Shown one piece after another: positions 24,600 through 36,948 of a stretch of 64,000 nucleotides of DNA. The stretch is taken from positions 43,960,001-44,024,000 of the forward strand of contig NC_087447.1 of the NCBI RefSeq assembly GCF_036321535.1, read 5' to 3'. Both the position numbers and the translations under genes were made by a program. This DNA is from Camelus dromedarius (lineage: Eukaryota). The notes beneath the pieces are model-generated. The model saw only the letters and a list, made by a program, of their open reading frames with translations. It did no database searches and was not told the origin of the DNA. Numbering within the stretch: position 1 is the stretch's first letter; the number at the start of each line of letters is the position of its first letter.

Positions 24600-26110
24600 A
24601 GCCAGGACCGGTGAGCCCCTCGACCTCGGTGTGCCCGGCGGCGGGAGCTGGTCGAGCGGCGCGCCCAGGCCCAGACCGTCTCCACGCCAAGAGACCCGCA
24701 GGGAACCGTTTCAGGCCCGGCTGCCCAGGACCCGGAGCTCCGGATCCCTGGCCCAACGCCGGATCCCGCCCGGCCCTTCTCACCCCAGGCCAAGGAAAGG
24801 AAAGGGGCGCTCTGGGGAGAGGATGAGGAGCGCCCGGTGGGATTCAGCCGCAGCCCGGTGCCGTCCCCAACTCCCAACTTCCAGGAGTTACCCCTGGCCT
24901 CGTCCCCCTTCTCAGGGCTCGCGAGGCCGCCGCGGCCTCCCCTGGCCGGGAGCTCAATGCCCGGGAAGTGGAGCGCGGAGCTCGGGAGCCGCCCCCAGGA
25001 GCCCCGGCAACCGGAGCGCAGGTGGCGGGCGTGGTCCCTTCAACCCTGCGCCAGCCACCCGGACTCGGCCTCCGCGCAGCAGCCTCCGCCGGGGTCCCCG
25101 CGCGGTTCCAGCCTCAGGCCCCGGTGCGCCGGTTCCTGACCCCCTCCCCTAGCTCGGTGGTCACCCGCTCTTCACCCTCCAGCCCGCGTTTGTCTCCTGC
25201 CTCAGGCCCCGGTGCGGCCCCAACTCCCATCCCAGGGCCCTCCGGTCGCGCCCGGCAGCGGTGGCAACGGCACTCACCTGGGTCGCGGAGCCGAGGTCTG
25301 GCGCGGTCCCGCAGGTGGTAGATGAAATCCTGGCAGCTGTCGTGCTCCAGGGCCCCGCGGGCACAGAGCTCGGCCAGCAGCTGCAGCGCCTGGTGACAGA
25401 GCGCGTCCCTGGCCCCGGGCATCGCCCCCCCGCATCCTCGGACCGCGCCGGGCAGGCAGGCGCGAGAGACAACCCTCCGCCTGCCAGCTCAGAGCCGCCG
25501 CCTCCGGGCCGTCCGCCCTCGCCGCCAGGGACCCGCCAAGAAACCGCCCGAGCGCCAGCCCCAGCCGGTCCGGCCTCCCACCGGTTGCATGTAGCTCTTG
25601 GCCAGCCGGTTCGGTCGGGCTTTCTCTCTCTCCCGCCCGGCCCCTCTGTCCCTCCCCCGGCACGGAGGAGAGGCGGTGCCGCACAGCTCAGCGCGCCTCT
25701 CTCCTCGCGCTCCGCCCGCCACTTGCGGCCGCCGTGGGGCGGGGCGGGTCAGGGGTGCGCGCCGCGGGGTAGGATCCCGGCGGCCCCTGCCTGGGCGCCC
25801 GCGGGGAGCGTGGGGCGCTCGCGGGCTCCTAGACGAGCGCCGGACTGGGCTCGGGACCTAGCGCTCACAGCGGCCGCGCCCAGGTTTGGAGAGTGTGAGC
25901 GGGTGCGCGTTCTGTCCTGATGCAAACCCACACCCTCTCCCACCGCCCTTCGCTGCGGGAGTCCAAAGCACGCTCTTGGGTGCGTTGCGGGAAAGGTGCA
26001 GTCTGAACCACGCCCTCCAGATCCGGAGAACCAAGTCCCGGCTTCGAACTTGAGAAGCGCCGTCTGGGTATGAACCGTGGGCCTAAGGATGCGGCGCCTG
26101 GGGTCAGTAT
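24600..26110. promoter_or_regulatory. SYT9: CpG island / SYT9 promoter and first exon region
   Basis: Abrupt shift to very GC- and CpG-rich sequence surrounding the recognised first coding exon. GC box ggggcggggc at 25736-25745. Confidence 0.93.
25278..25422 (-). CDS. SYT9: Synaptotagmin-9, first coding exon (N-terminal cysteine-containing luminal segment)
   Basis: Translates to MPGARDALCHQALQLLAELCARGALEHDSCQDFIYHLRDRARPRLRDP+G, matching the remembered SYT9 N-terminus. 145 nt, ending at a canonical donor CAG|GTGAGT (phase 1). The residues after RDP in the ORF track are intron read-through. Confidence 0.97.
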
Positions 26111-26254
26111 TCGCCAACAAAGGAGCGGTATCTCAAGTTCAGGACCTTTTAGACCACTGTGGTGATTTGGAGAAGGTGGAGACTCTCAGATCGGAACTAA
26201 GGTGAAATAAATGGCTCCTGAGGAAGAAGCTGGGAATTACCTGGAGCTTCCTAG

Positions 26255-26255
<1 letters not shown>

Positions 26256-26311
<56 letters not shown>

Positions 26312-26400
26312 TGCGTGTGTCTGCGTGTGTGTGTGTCTGCGTGTGTGTGTGTGTGTCTGCGTGTGTGTGTGTCTGCGTGTGTGCGCGTGCGCAAGCGCGC
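26256..26400. repeat. Compound (TG)n microsatellite
   Basis: About 27 perfect TG units, then repeated tctgcg(tg)n blocks, ending in gcgcgtgcgcaagcgcgc. Confidence 0.97.
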
Positions 26401-28154
26401 CAAGCACTGTGCCACAAGTCTTTTAGCTATATAATCTCGTTTAATTCCCTTGATAGCCTAACAGGGTCTGTATAACTGTTACCCTCATATTACCAATGAC
26501 AAACGTGAGACTCAGAAAAGGTAGCACCTACCCAAGTTCATACGGAAGGAGGCAGGGTAACCTTGGCTTTTTTTTGCCCTTACGTAATACTAGTGTCCTG
26601 GAGTAGAATCTCTACAACTGACACTTTGAGCCATAAGGTTGTGCTGTTGCTAGAGACATCTCATTGCAAATCATATTGTGCAGAAAGGTAATTCTGGGCC
26701 ATAGAGTGTTAACCTGACAGACAAGCTTTGGAATACTGCTGTAAGTGGTGCTGGGGCCTCAAGGACCTTATATTAGCATAGTAGAGAAAACAAAGTTGTA
26801 AATGCAAAGGTAACTTCAGAGAGTTGTGAAAAGACAAGTAGACTCTGCCTTAAGAAAATTAGGAGGGAAAATAAATGCACTGAGAGACAGCCTTCAGAGG
26901 AGGCAGAGCAGAAGCTGGTCATTGAAAGGAGGGAAATCTTGGAGAAGCAGGGAAAAACCATGTGGTGGAGGTGCCACCAGAGTGTGTGGATGCCAGGGCT
27001 GGTGCAGTAATGGTGGGGAGGAGTGGAGTGTGTGTTAAAGCATGTAGAAATGTAACACAAATGTGACTTTGTCAGAGAGGAACTGAAAAAAGTAAGTTCA
27101 GTTAAGAAATTACTTTGATAAGCCAGGCAAGATATCATGGGTCCATACAGGCCAAAGGCACTGGCTGATTGCCAGAAACATCCAAATTTGAAAAACATGT
27201 CAAATATGAATTGACAAGATGGCAACCAAAGGAATGAGGAAGAGTAAAAGCCACAGATGTTCCAAAAACTGACCTGGGCCATACATGGTAAGTCCCTGAT
27301 GACACTTAGAATTGCAAGCCCAGAGTTTTAGGAGAGAGGGGATACTGGCCATCATCCACTGAAAGGTAGAAACTGAGCTGCCACCTTGGTTGGGTTCCTC
27401 TAGGAAAGAAGAGCTGGAAAATTAAGAAAAAGCTTTGTCATTCAAAATGTGGTTTAAGCAGCAGAGATTGAAAGTAGCAGAGAAGAGGAAAATCGGCAAG
27501 ACTGGAATTATGAGGCCAAAGGAGAACGAACAATCAACAACATCAAGTGTCAAAAGAATTTGAAGGGAAAAAACTAAGACGTGTCCTTTGGATGTAGCAG
27601 GCAGTAAGGCAGTCATGATTTAGAGAGACCAGTTACTGTGAAACCAACTTGTGGAAGTTACTTACATTTTTGTGCCTAGAGTTTCTCATCAGATAATATT
27701 AATATGTGCATCATTGGGTTGTTATAAAGATTACATAAAATCCTTGGAATAGTGCCACCCTACAGTACAGGCTCAATTAGTATATAACTTTGTTGTTGCT
27801 GTTGTGTGTCTAAAACAATGAGCTGGGTGCTAAACACACTTCCTTAATTTATTACTCACAACATCCCTAAGCGGTAGGTGTTGTTATGTCTTATTTTACA
27901 GGTAAAGAAAGTGAAATCAGGTGGTTCAATAATTTTCCCAAGGACAAACCTGCAGATTGTTTCCAGATACAGCACAGCCGTGCCATCCCTCCCATTCTAC
28001 CCATCCCCCTGGAGTGTGATTTTACCACTTCTTAAACCAAGAAATGAGTGTATTCCCCTTCCCTTTGAATCTGGGCTGGCCTGTGATTTACTTTAACCAA
28101 CAAAATGTGCGGAAGTGTTATTCTAGTATCAGAATGGTGGTTGGGGGGATATGG

Positions 28155-28431
28155 AGGAAAGGAACCCAGGTGCACTGTTGGTGGCAATGTTAAATTGCTG
28201 CAGCTGCTATGGAAAACATTATGGAGATTCCTCAAAAAATTAGAAACAGAACTACCATATGATCCAGCTATCCTACTTCTGGGTATTTATCTGAGGAAAT
28301 GAAATCACTGTCTTGAAGAGATATCTGCACCCCCTTGTTCACTGCAGCATATTCACAATAGCCAAGACATGGGAACAACCTAGGTGTCCATGAATGGGTA
28401 AATGGATAGAGAAAATGTGGTATGTATATAT

Positions 28432-28472
<41 letters not shown>

Positions 28473-28930
28473 CATTCACAATGGAATATTATTTAACCTC
28501 AAGAAGAAGGGAATCCTGTCATTTGCAACAACAGGGATAAACCTGGAGGACATTCTGGTAAATGAAATAATCCAGACAGAGAAAGACAAACACTGTATGG
28601 TTATCACTTACATGTGGATCCTAAAAAAAAAATGATCCTCATAGAAACAGAGTAGAATGATGGCTGCCAGAGGTTAGGGGTGGGTAAAATTGGGAGATGT
28701 AGGTCAAAGGTACAAATTTTCAGTTATAAGGATACAATGTACACATGGTGACTGTAGTTAATAAAACAGTATGGTGCACTTGAAATTTACTGAGAGTAGC
28801 TCTTAAGCATTCTCATCACACACAAAAAAAGTTTAATAAAAAGTTAAAAGGTGATGGATGTGTTAACTTGATCTTGGTAATCATTTCAAAATGCATATGT
28901 ATATCAAATCATCATGTACACTTCACATTT
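28155..28930 (+). mobile_element. L1 3' fragment containing a (CA)n tract at ~28434-28469
   Basis: LWKTLWRFLKKLETELPYDPAILLLGIY ORF2 remnant followed by an L1MA-type 3' UTR. Confidence 0.92.
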
Positions 28931-30849
28931 TATCTGTCATGTATTCCTCAAGAACGCTGGAAAAAATACTAAAAAAAGAAGTCTCATAAGTCTCATGCTG
29001 CCCTTAGACCACATCCTCACTCCTACTCCCAAGACCTTGCTTCTATACTTGGCAAGTGGTTTGAGATTCCTAATGGCAGAACTTCCTATTAATTGGCATT
29101 TTCTTGGATTCAGTTCCTTGCCAGATAACTGCCTTAAGCAAAAGAAAATAAGATTCAACTGGCAGGACTTGTTCTTAGTGAGCCCATGCTACCTCCCAGC
29201 AACTGGCATCCCATGAAGTACAAACTGCTGCTTCATCATCCTGAACAAGGATTCGTCCTCACACTTGCTCTAGAGCCTGAAGTATAATTCACCCGGACCA
29301 CGACACTAGAACTGGGTTTGTGTTCTGTGACAACAGCCCTCTCCTCTTGGCCATCAGTTTTCTGTGAGCTTGGTCCTTCCTTGATTCTAGTAAATTTTTC
29401 TTGAGAGAGGAAACGAAAGCACATTTTGGATTGGGTAGCTCCACTCTGCCCATGTGTGGGTTATCATGGCACCAAGAAACAGGTTGTTCTGCTTTATCTT
29501 TTTCCTTCCTTCCTGGGCTGTGTGGGTTCCATCCTAGTTTTACGGTTGCCAATTACTAAGCTGTAATTCCAATTTCTTTGACTTTGAAGAAAGAAGAGAT
29601 TTATTAGCTTTACTACTTAACAGACACCCCATAAAAGGATATACTGAACGGAACAGAAGGTGATGTTTCGGGTCAAAGACCTGGCACTTCTCCGCTGTCC
29701 CTTCTTAGTAGATACTCATGGATCTCCATTTGTTCAGCTTTTCAGAATGAGGCCAGAGGAGAGAGCAGAGGTCAGATTTCTGCTGACTGAGAGAACTTGG
29801 ACCGCAGTACTCTTCCTCACCAAATAATGCTTTAAAAACATACCTTTCTCCTCCCTGGGGCTGCCTTTCGAAGCGGCTGATGTCATTCACCCTGGACAGG
29901 TCTGGGAAACAGCTAGGGCCACTCCGGATGCTGGAAAGAGAGAAGACGATGAAGTTCAAAATTGGCTGGACGTGTCACAGCGGTCATGGAATGTCCCACT
30001 AGTTAAAGAAGTTCAGGAAGAAGATTCCAAATAGCCCACACCTTTCCTTACCTTCCACAGCTGGCTTCCCTCCCCACCTCAATGCTGAAAATGGACCCAG
30101 AGCAGGCTGACCTACACTCAGGGGCCTGTTTATTAAAAGAGGTCGATGTGCATGTTTTGGGGTGAGTATATTAAGGTTTTAAGCGTTTAAAGAAGTTTCA
30201 ACAATCCCCTTTTTAATTTATGGGTTTTTTTTCGAAGTATAGTCAGTTACAACATGTTGATTTCTGAGATAAGCAATCCTTTTCTTGATCTTTGCTTAGC
30301 AACAAATGCCTTTAACAAAAATCTGAGTATACACACACACAGAGATACAGAGACAGAGATAGGAAGTATCCATTTTATTGTCTCTCCAGCCTTATTCAGA
30401 AGATCATAAGAAGACCATGTTTTTTTTTCTCAGCCGTCATTCTGTCCAAGAACCAGGCTTCAGGTTATCAGCTTAAGAGTTTAGTACTTAATCACATTTA
30501 ATTACCCAATCAATTCATCAAATGTCTATCGAGGGTTCACTTAATACAAGGGTTTTTTAACACAACTTCTGGGTTGAATGTGAAATTTCCACATTTAAGC
30601 TTTCTTCTTCTATTTTGCATTCATTATTCAAAACTTCATCCTTTTAGTATTGCTTACACTTTGAGTTATCCCCATTGCAAATTTTCTTGACTTTTCTTTT
30701 CCACTTCTAACGCGGCTGCTATTTTTTTTTCTTCTCATTTTCTTTCTATAAATCCATTCTGCAAAGCTTTTGTCAGGAAGCAAGGTAGACTTTGGAATTC
30801 TTAAGGTCTATTTCAAAGTTATTATTATAATGATCATATTCCTATTATT

Positions 30850-31050
30850 TTTACTATAGTTTTTTGAGCTTATGCTATGAGCCAGACACTCTAAAAATGC
30901 TCGAAATAGATTAGCTCACATAATCCCCATAACAACCCTATAAGGAGGGTATTGTTATTAACTGTCCCCACTGAGGTAGCATAAGCACCAAAATTAAGTA
31001 GCCTTCCTAGGTCACACAGCTAATAAGTGGTAGCTGTGCGACTCCTGAGG
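30850..31050 (-). mobile_element. MIR SINE
   Basis: taatccccataacaaccctataaggaggg...actgaggtagc...aggtcacacagctaataagtggtag. Confidence 0.75.
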
Positions 31051-31393
31051 CCTGCCCTTAACATGCCCTCCTCCACAGGTGGGTACAGCAGGTCCAGGTG
31101 AGAGTCCAGAGCCCACGTGCTGAAGTTGAATGGCCCAAATGGCCAAAAGAGCAGCTCTGGCACTTTGCTTTCACCAACTGTGGTGGATACAATCAGATTT
31201 TGTTTCCTGCATATGAGGACGGGCAGGGTCTGACCAATGTACACTATGTCCCATGTGGTCTTTCCAGACCAGCTGTTTAGAGCCAACACCACTGAGCAAC
31301 TGTTCTGCACTACATAGTGTCTGCTGTGCTTACAGGTTTGGTTTAACTGAATCAACCATTTGAAATAGATATTATTACCATCTTATTTTTCCT

Positions 31394-31622
31394 TTTTTAA
31401 AAAAATATTTTTATTGAAGTGTAGTTGATTTACAATGTTAGTTTCAGGTGTACAGCAAAGTGATTTACTTATACATATACATATACATATATATGTATTT
31501 CTTTTCCATTATAAGTTATTAAAAGAAATTGAATATAGCTCCCTGTGCTATATACGGTAGGTCCTTGATGTTTATCTGTTTTATATATAGTAATATGTGT
31601 CTGTTAATCCCCAACTCCTATT
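31394..31622 (-). mobile_element. L1 3' UTR fragment (artiodactyl-type)
   Basis: ttttattgaagtgtagttgatttacaatgttagtttcaggtgtacagcaaagtgatt...ccctgtgctata. Confidence 0.88.
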
Positions 31623-31632
31623 TTTCAATAGA

Positions 31633-31787
31633 TTTCTTTATTTTTATTTTTATTTATTTTTTTTTTGAAGTGAGGAGGCAATTAGGTTTATTTATTTACT
31701 CTTTTTTGAAATGGAGGTACTGGGGATTGAACCGAGGACCTCGTGCATGCTAAGCACACACTCTATCACTGAACTATACCCTACCCC
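31633..31787 (-). mobile_element. Camelid tRNA-derived SINE (Vic-type)
   Basis: atggaggtactggggattgaaccgaggacctcgtgcatgctaagcacacactctatcactgaactataccctacccc preceded by a T-rich tail. Confidence 0.9.
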
Positions 31788-34013
31788 ATCATCTTGACTT
31801 TTAGATTAGAACACTGAAACTTGGAGGCCTAAGTCACCTGCCCAAGGTCACACAGCTCTCAAGAGATGGAACCAAGATTCAAACCCACACTGGGGAGATG
31901 CCAAGGACTGAAATTTAAGTATCACACAATATGCCTCCCTATGAAGTTCATATCAGAATTGCTTGGCAGGATTTTTCAAGTTTTATGTACATTCTTGGAG
32001 GCTCTTATGACACCCCCTGCACAATCACAGGAAAATCAGTCCATATTCTCAAATGAATTCTATAAGCTTACTAAAGAATTGCTTAAAGCCCAGGTGATTA
32101 TATGATAAACTACAAGCAAAATACTCTGTGCCCCTAATATTCTGCTAACCCAATCCCACCTGCCCCAAATTGGAGCTCCCACTGTGGTCTGGATCCTCTC
32201 CACTGGTTTTCTCCTGGTTTGCATTCTTTTGGTATTTCTCATCTGCACTCAGCCTTTTGTGTGGGCATTAGGATTGCCTTCCTCCAACACAGAGACCTCA
32301 GCTTCTCTATCTGCAACTCACCAGATTTGGCATTTGGCAGAAAGAGGTTCCACTAACTGGCCAGACATTTTCCTCCCATTCAATAACTGCAAAATAGCTG
32401 CCGTCTTTTACCACACAAATATCTTCTCTCTCCCGGTGCCTGGACAGTACTTTACTAAGTTTATCTCTTTTCTCTCATTTTCATATAGGTCTTTAAAATA
32501 TGTGCTGGGTGTGTGTGTTTTAAATAATTTCTGCCTTCTTGTCGGCAAAAGATTAACTCTTCTCAGGGCTTGGCCAGTATAGGAAGTGGTGCAACACAAA
32601 ACTTCCCTGAATGCATGTGCATGGAGCAAATAAGCTACTTTCTTCCCTTTGAATCATTTTATTCCCTGTGGAAGAATATTTATTTCCAAGGACGGTTAGA
32701 GTTCTTCAAGTTCGTCAGGGACAGCAGTGAGCTGGGGTGAGGGCTTCTTTCTCATTCCTTGAAGGGTCATTTGAGTTCAGACCTGTCCTGAGAGAGTGTA
32801 GTGAACTGAAGCAAGGGAAATCCACCCAGTTCAGATAATGAAGGCTTCACAGAAAAGCTGAACCATAATGAACAGTAGATGACTGCCTGACTTTGCGGGT
32901 TTAATTATAAGAGGAGGGGTAACTTTTAAACTATAACTTTAATTCCATTGATTAAAATAAAAACTAGTGCCTTGATTTTATTTCAGATCTTAAAAAAAAA
33001 AAGATTATGTATCAGTTGTCCTATCTGAAATAGTTCTATTTAAAGGAACATGACGTTATTTGTGAACTGCTTTAAGAATACTGCCTCAATAAAATAAGGA
33101 GTGGCTTTGCTCAGTTTTAAAATTTTAAAATGCTTGGGGTATTAAAAGATACCAAACCTTGTTTTGTAGGTTTACTTTTTAGGCTTTTATGCTGTGTGTG
33201 AGGAAAACGTCTTGCATATATTATTCAAAAAGGGAAAAGTAGATAAATTTTCCCGTATTATTTGCCTCCTCAATTATGTTCCAATTTTCCTTCAATCTCC
33301 AGTGAGTTTTAGCCTCAATTGGCTCAAAGACTCACTTAAATCTGTTATATGAAATTGCAAACATACATGCAAGTTAAAATGCAGATGATGGTTGTTACCT
33401 TCAGACAAAGACATCCGGGGAGGGAGTGGGGGAGGGTGGGGAGAAATCAGGACAGGAGACTTGAACCATCTCCTGTCCTCTGAGGTCTATCTTGCTTTTC
33501 TTTCCCATAGGCTCCCCAGTTTCATTCTTCTTTACTGACACCTCCTCTCCTACCTGCTCTCTAGCTGCTGGATGCCCTGACCTTGGTTCTTGGACCTCTT
33601 CTCTCTTGCTCTACCTTCCCCCAAGGTGTTTCATTTGGTCCTAGGGTTTTAAATTCCCTCTGTATACTAGTGACTCTCAACTTCAGATCTCCATCCAAGA
33701 TTTCCCTATTAGCTCCAAAATCATACATTAAACTGTCTACTTGATAACCATTTAAATGTGTAACTTCATGCTCACCTGTTTTTTCCCAACCTTGCACATT
33801 TAAGTAAATTATTCACTTAAATGCTCAGGTCTAAACTAATGCATCGTTCCCTTTATCTCTTTCCATTGCTCACCCTCCTAATTCAATCCACCAGCAAATC
33901 TTGTTGCTTTTAGATCTGTAATATACCCCAATTGGTTTTCTTCTCTCTGTTCCCAGCCCATTATCCTAATATAAACCACTGTTATCTTCTGCCTGGACAC
34001 TGTAATAACCTAC

Positions 34014-34530
34014 TGTAGCAGGCAGTATTGGTTGTTGACCCAGAATCTATGAGCCTCTAGGAGAGCCCTAACATTTTCATGTAGCCACCTTCTTCCTCCT
34101 GGCCAGGTGCTTCAAGGGAGTCTGGCTCCAACCCCAGATCCCTGGGGGAGACAATAGTGGTAATACCCTTCTTACCAGTGATTGCTGTAAGAAGGAGCAC
34201 CTGCTCGAATTACAGCCCAACGAGACATGAAGGGAAGTCTGTGGAGGACTCTTGAGTAAGGAAGGGACCTCGCTCTTACAAAGGGATACAGGGAATATAG
34301 AGCCTCCTTCTACCTCAGAACTGCCACCGCCAAACTGCAGCCAGAGGGAGAGGATGGGACACACTCACAGAGGAGGGCACAGCCTTGAGAGCTCTAGTAA
34401 AGCGGAGCCAGAGTCCTGATGGCATTGGACTACAAAGAGTCTACAGCCTCCTTTCTCTGTACTTCCTGTTACAGGAGGGACTTCATTTCCATATTTAAGC
34501 CACTCTGAGGCAGCATTTTCTTAATTTCAA
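34014..34530 (+). mobile_element. MaLR (MLT1-type) LTR remnant
   Basis: tgtagcaggcagtattgg start, cagcccaacgagacatgaagggaagtctg and tttaagccactctgagg motifs. Confidence 0.6.
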
Positions 34531-34976
34531 ACGCTTCTGTGTCAGTCTGAGTTCCTAATTGCCAACAAGGGAGTCCATTAAACAAAATGTATGAAAGAAT
34601 ATTCTGGAGTGAATCAGGTGGAATCCAGGAACAAACCCATGTTACGTCAGCAGACAGCCCCAGTGGAGGCCTTCCCATCCCCACCAGCACCGGGCTCCGG
34701 CAGAGCAGTCCGCAGTGATGGAGGCTGGGCGCAAGATCCACCACTAGCAACTTTACTTCTCCCTCCTCTGAAAGCTGAATCTCCCTCCACCACCTTTCCC
34801 AGAATCAGTTCTCTGCAGCAGCCCCTTCTTCATGTCGTCATTTCCTGAATTGAAGTCTTGGTCAGATGGGTCAGACTGGAAAAGCTCAGGCCACCTGCCT
34901 TCACCCTAGCTGCAAGGGAAGCTAATAAAGAGCGTTTCTGGCTTACACTTCAGGGTGACAGGGCCCAGAAGGGGGA

Positions 34977-35470
34977 TGCATTAGTTATCTATTGCTGTGT
35001 AACAAATCAGCCCAAAACTCAGTAACTTAAAACAACAAGCAGCTATTATTTCACAGTTTCTGAGCTCAGGAATCTGAGGGCAGCTTACCTAGGTGGCTGT
35101 GGTTTAAGGTCTCTTATGAGATTGCAGTCAAGTTGTTGGCTGGGGCTGTATCATGTGAAGGTTTACTGGGGCCACTTTCAAGAAGGCTTATTGGCTGGAT
35201 ATCTCAGTCCCTCACCATGTGTGCCTTTCCACAGGGATATCTGGGTAGTCTCAAGACATGGCAGCTGGCTACCCCAGAGTGAGTGATCCAAGAGAGGTAG
35301 AGACCATGGCGTGAGCCACATTCTTTTACAACCTAAGCTTAGAAGTGACTTCTGTCACGCTGTTCATCACACAAACTAAACCCTGGTAGCAGGTGGGAGG
35401 GGACTACACACGGGTGTGAATACTAGGAAGTGGGGATCACTGGAGGACATCTCTGAGGCCGGTTACCACA
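34977..35470 (-). mobile_element. MaLR (MLT1F/G-like) LTR
   Basis: tgcattagttatctattgctgtgtaacaaatcagcccaaaactcagtaacttaaaacaac ... gaggccggttaccaca. Confidence 0.85.
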
Positions 35471-36544
35471 GCAGGAAGTTCTCCAAACATAGAAAGAGTG
35501 TGTAAAAGGAGCCCGATGGCCAGAAAGCATGAAAACTGTTCTTTAGAGCAGTGCCTTCCAATCTTGTTCACATTGTGGCAGACATGGAAAATGATGTTGT
35601 TTATTCAGGTTAACAGATGCATCTATTTGTAGACAGACAAACCCTGTGGCTTTGGCCAGGCCTGTTCTCCTCTGGACTAAAGCAATTGATATCTTTTACA
35701 CCTATGACCTGCGTTTGCGTGAAAACATCCTAACTGAGGCACTTCCTAAGCAGTCTTCCTCCTCCAAATCTTGCCTCCTACAATCCTTTCTCCTCAGAGT
35801 GGTTATAGCGATCTTGTAATCCATGAGTTAAATCACACTGATTCAGTGTTTCAAGCTCAAATGGCTTCCAGTTGCCCTGGAAATTAAACCCAAACTCCTC
35901 TGTCTGCTCTATAGTATAAACAGTATCTTCTTAGAGAAGCTGTCCATAATGGCCCTATTTAAATATTCTATTTCATATTAATCTGTCTTCTTCATATCAC
36001 TATCACTATCAGAAACTGTTTTGCTCATTCTGTCAAATCTCAGATATTTACTGAACACCTACTATGTGCCAGATACTGTTCTGGGTGCCAAGTATCTGCC
36101 TGTTTGTTTTTTGCTTATTCTTATCTCCCATCCCCCATGGGAGTAGGGACCCTGTCTGTCATCCAGCATCCAAGACAGTGCCTGACTCTTGGAAGTGTCC
36201 TGTGAATACTTGTTGAATGAAAGAAGGTAGATAACAAAGGGCAATAGTCAGTTCCAGGTGGGTCAGGGTACTCCTGAGAACACAGGTCAGCAGCTTGGCA
36301 AACACATAAGAATGAGTGTCTTATGTAAAAGAATCATGTGAATCAGGAGCTCAGAATCCAAGTAAGCCGTCTGGATCTGGGTATCTACAGGACAGGGAGT
36401 AAGACTGTGGAGACCAGAACCAAGAGGGGAGGAGCTGGTTGACAGAAACAAAGTTAAGCTTCCCCTCTCACTGTCATCTCATTTACTGTCAGTCTCATCA
36501 GTGCAGACTCCAGCCAGCAACGTGCAATGACAGATATTGAACAG

Positions 36545-36948
36545 CAACACCTGAAATTCACATCTACCTGGAACCACAAGAACGTGGTCTTCTTCAAGAC
36601 AAGCGCTTTGAAGATGTAATTAGTTAAGACCTAGAGATGAAACCATCCTGGATATAGGGCAGGCTCCTTCTAAGAAAAGGAAGGAACAGAGACATATACA
36701 GAGAAGACAGAGGCAGAGACTGGAGTGCTACACCCATAAGGCAGGGAATGCCCAGGAATTGCCAGGAGCCACCAGAAATTAGGAAAAGGCAGGAAGGATT
36801 CTTCCTATGGCTTCCAGAAAGAGTGGGACCCTGATGACAATTTGATTTGGGACGTCCAGCCTCCAGAAATGTGACAGAATAAATTTCTGTTGTTTTAAGT
36901 CAGCAAGGTTGTAGTAATTTGTTATAGCCATCCAAGGAAAATAATACA
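36545..36948 (+). mobile_element. MaLR (MLT1B/C-like) LTR
   Basis: gatgtaattagttaag, cagcctccagaaatgtgacagaataaatttctgttgttttaag, ending ggaaaataataca. Confidence 0.88.

Larger units (their letters stand above)
1..25277 (-). other. SYT9: SYT9 intron 1 (partial; continues beyond window start)
   Basis: Follows the exon-1 donor. No sequence encoding the expected exon-2 transmembrane segment (DISVSLLTLVVTACG...) was seen in the window. Confidence 0.85.

Noticed and set aside
25114..25277. Continuation of the SYT9 ORF (GECRCHRCRARPEG...) to a 102-aa protein
   Set aside because: It lies past the canonical GTGAGT donor and is intron read-through.
25381..25405. REST/RE1 site in exon 1 (tgcagcgcctggtgacagagcg)
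   Set aside because: Multiple mismatches and wrong half-site spacing relative to TTCAGCACCACGGACAGCGCC.
24362..26120. Many long overlapping ORFs (up to 219 aa) on both strands
   Set aside because: Pro/Arg/Gly/Ala-rich products are expected from stop-codon scarcity in a CpG island. Only 25278-25422 matches a known protein.
26139..26475. ORFs with CVCVCV / HTHTHT runs
   Set aside because: They are translations of the (TG)n microsatellite.
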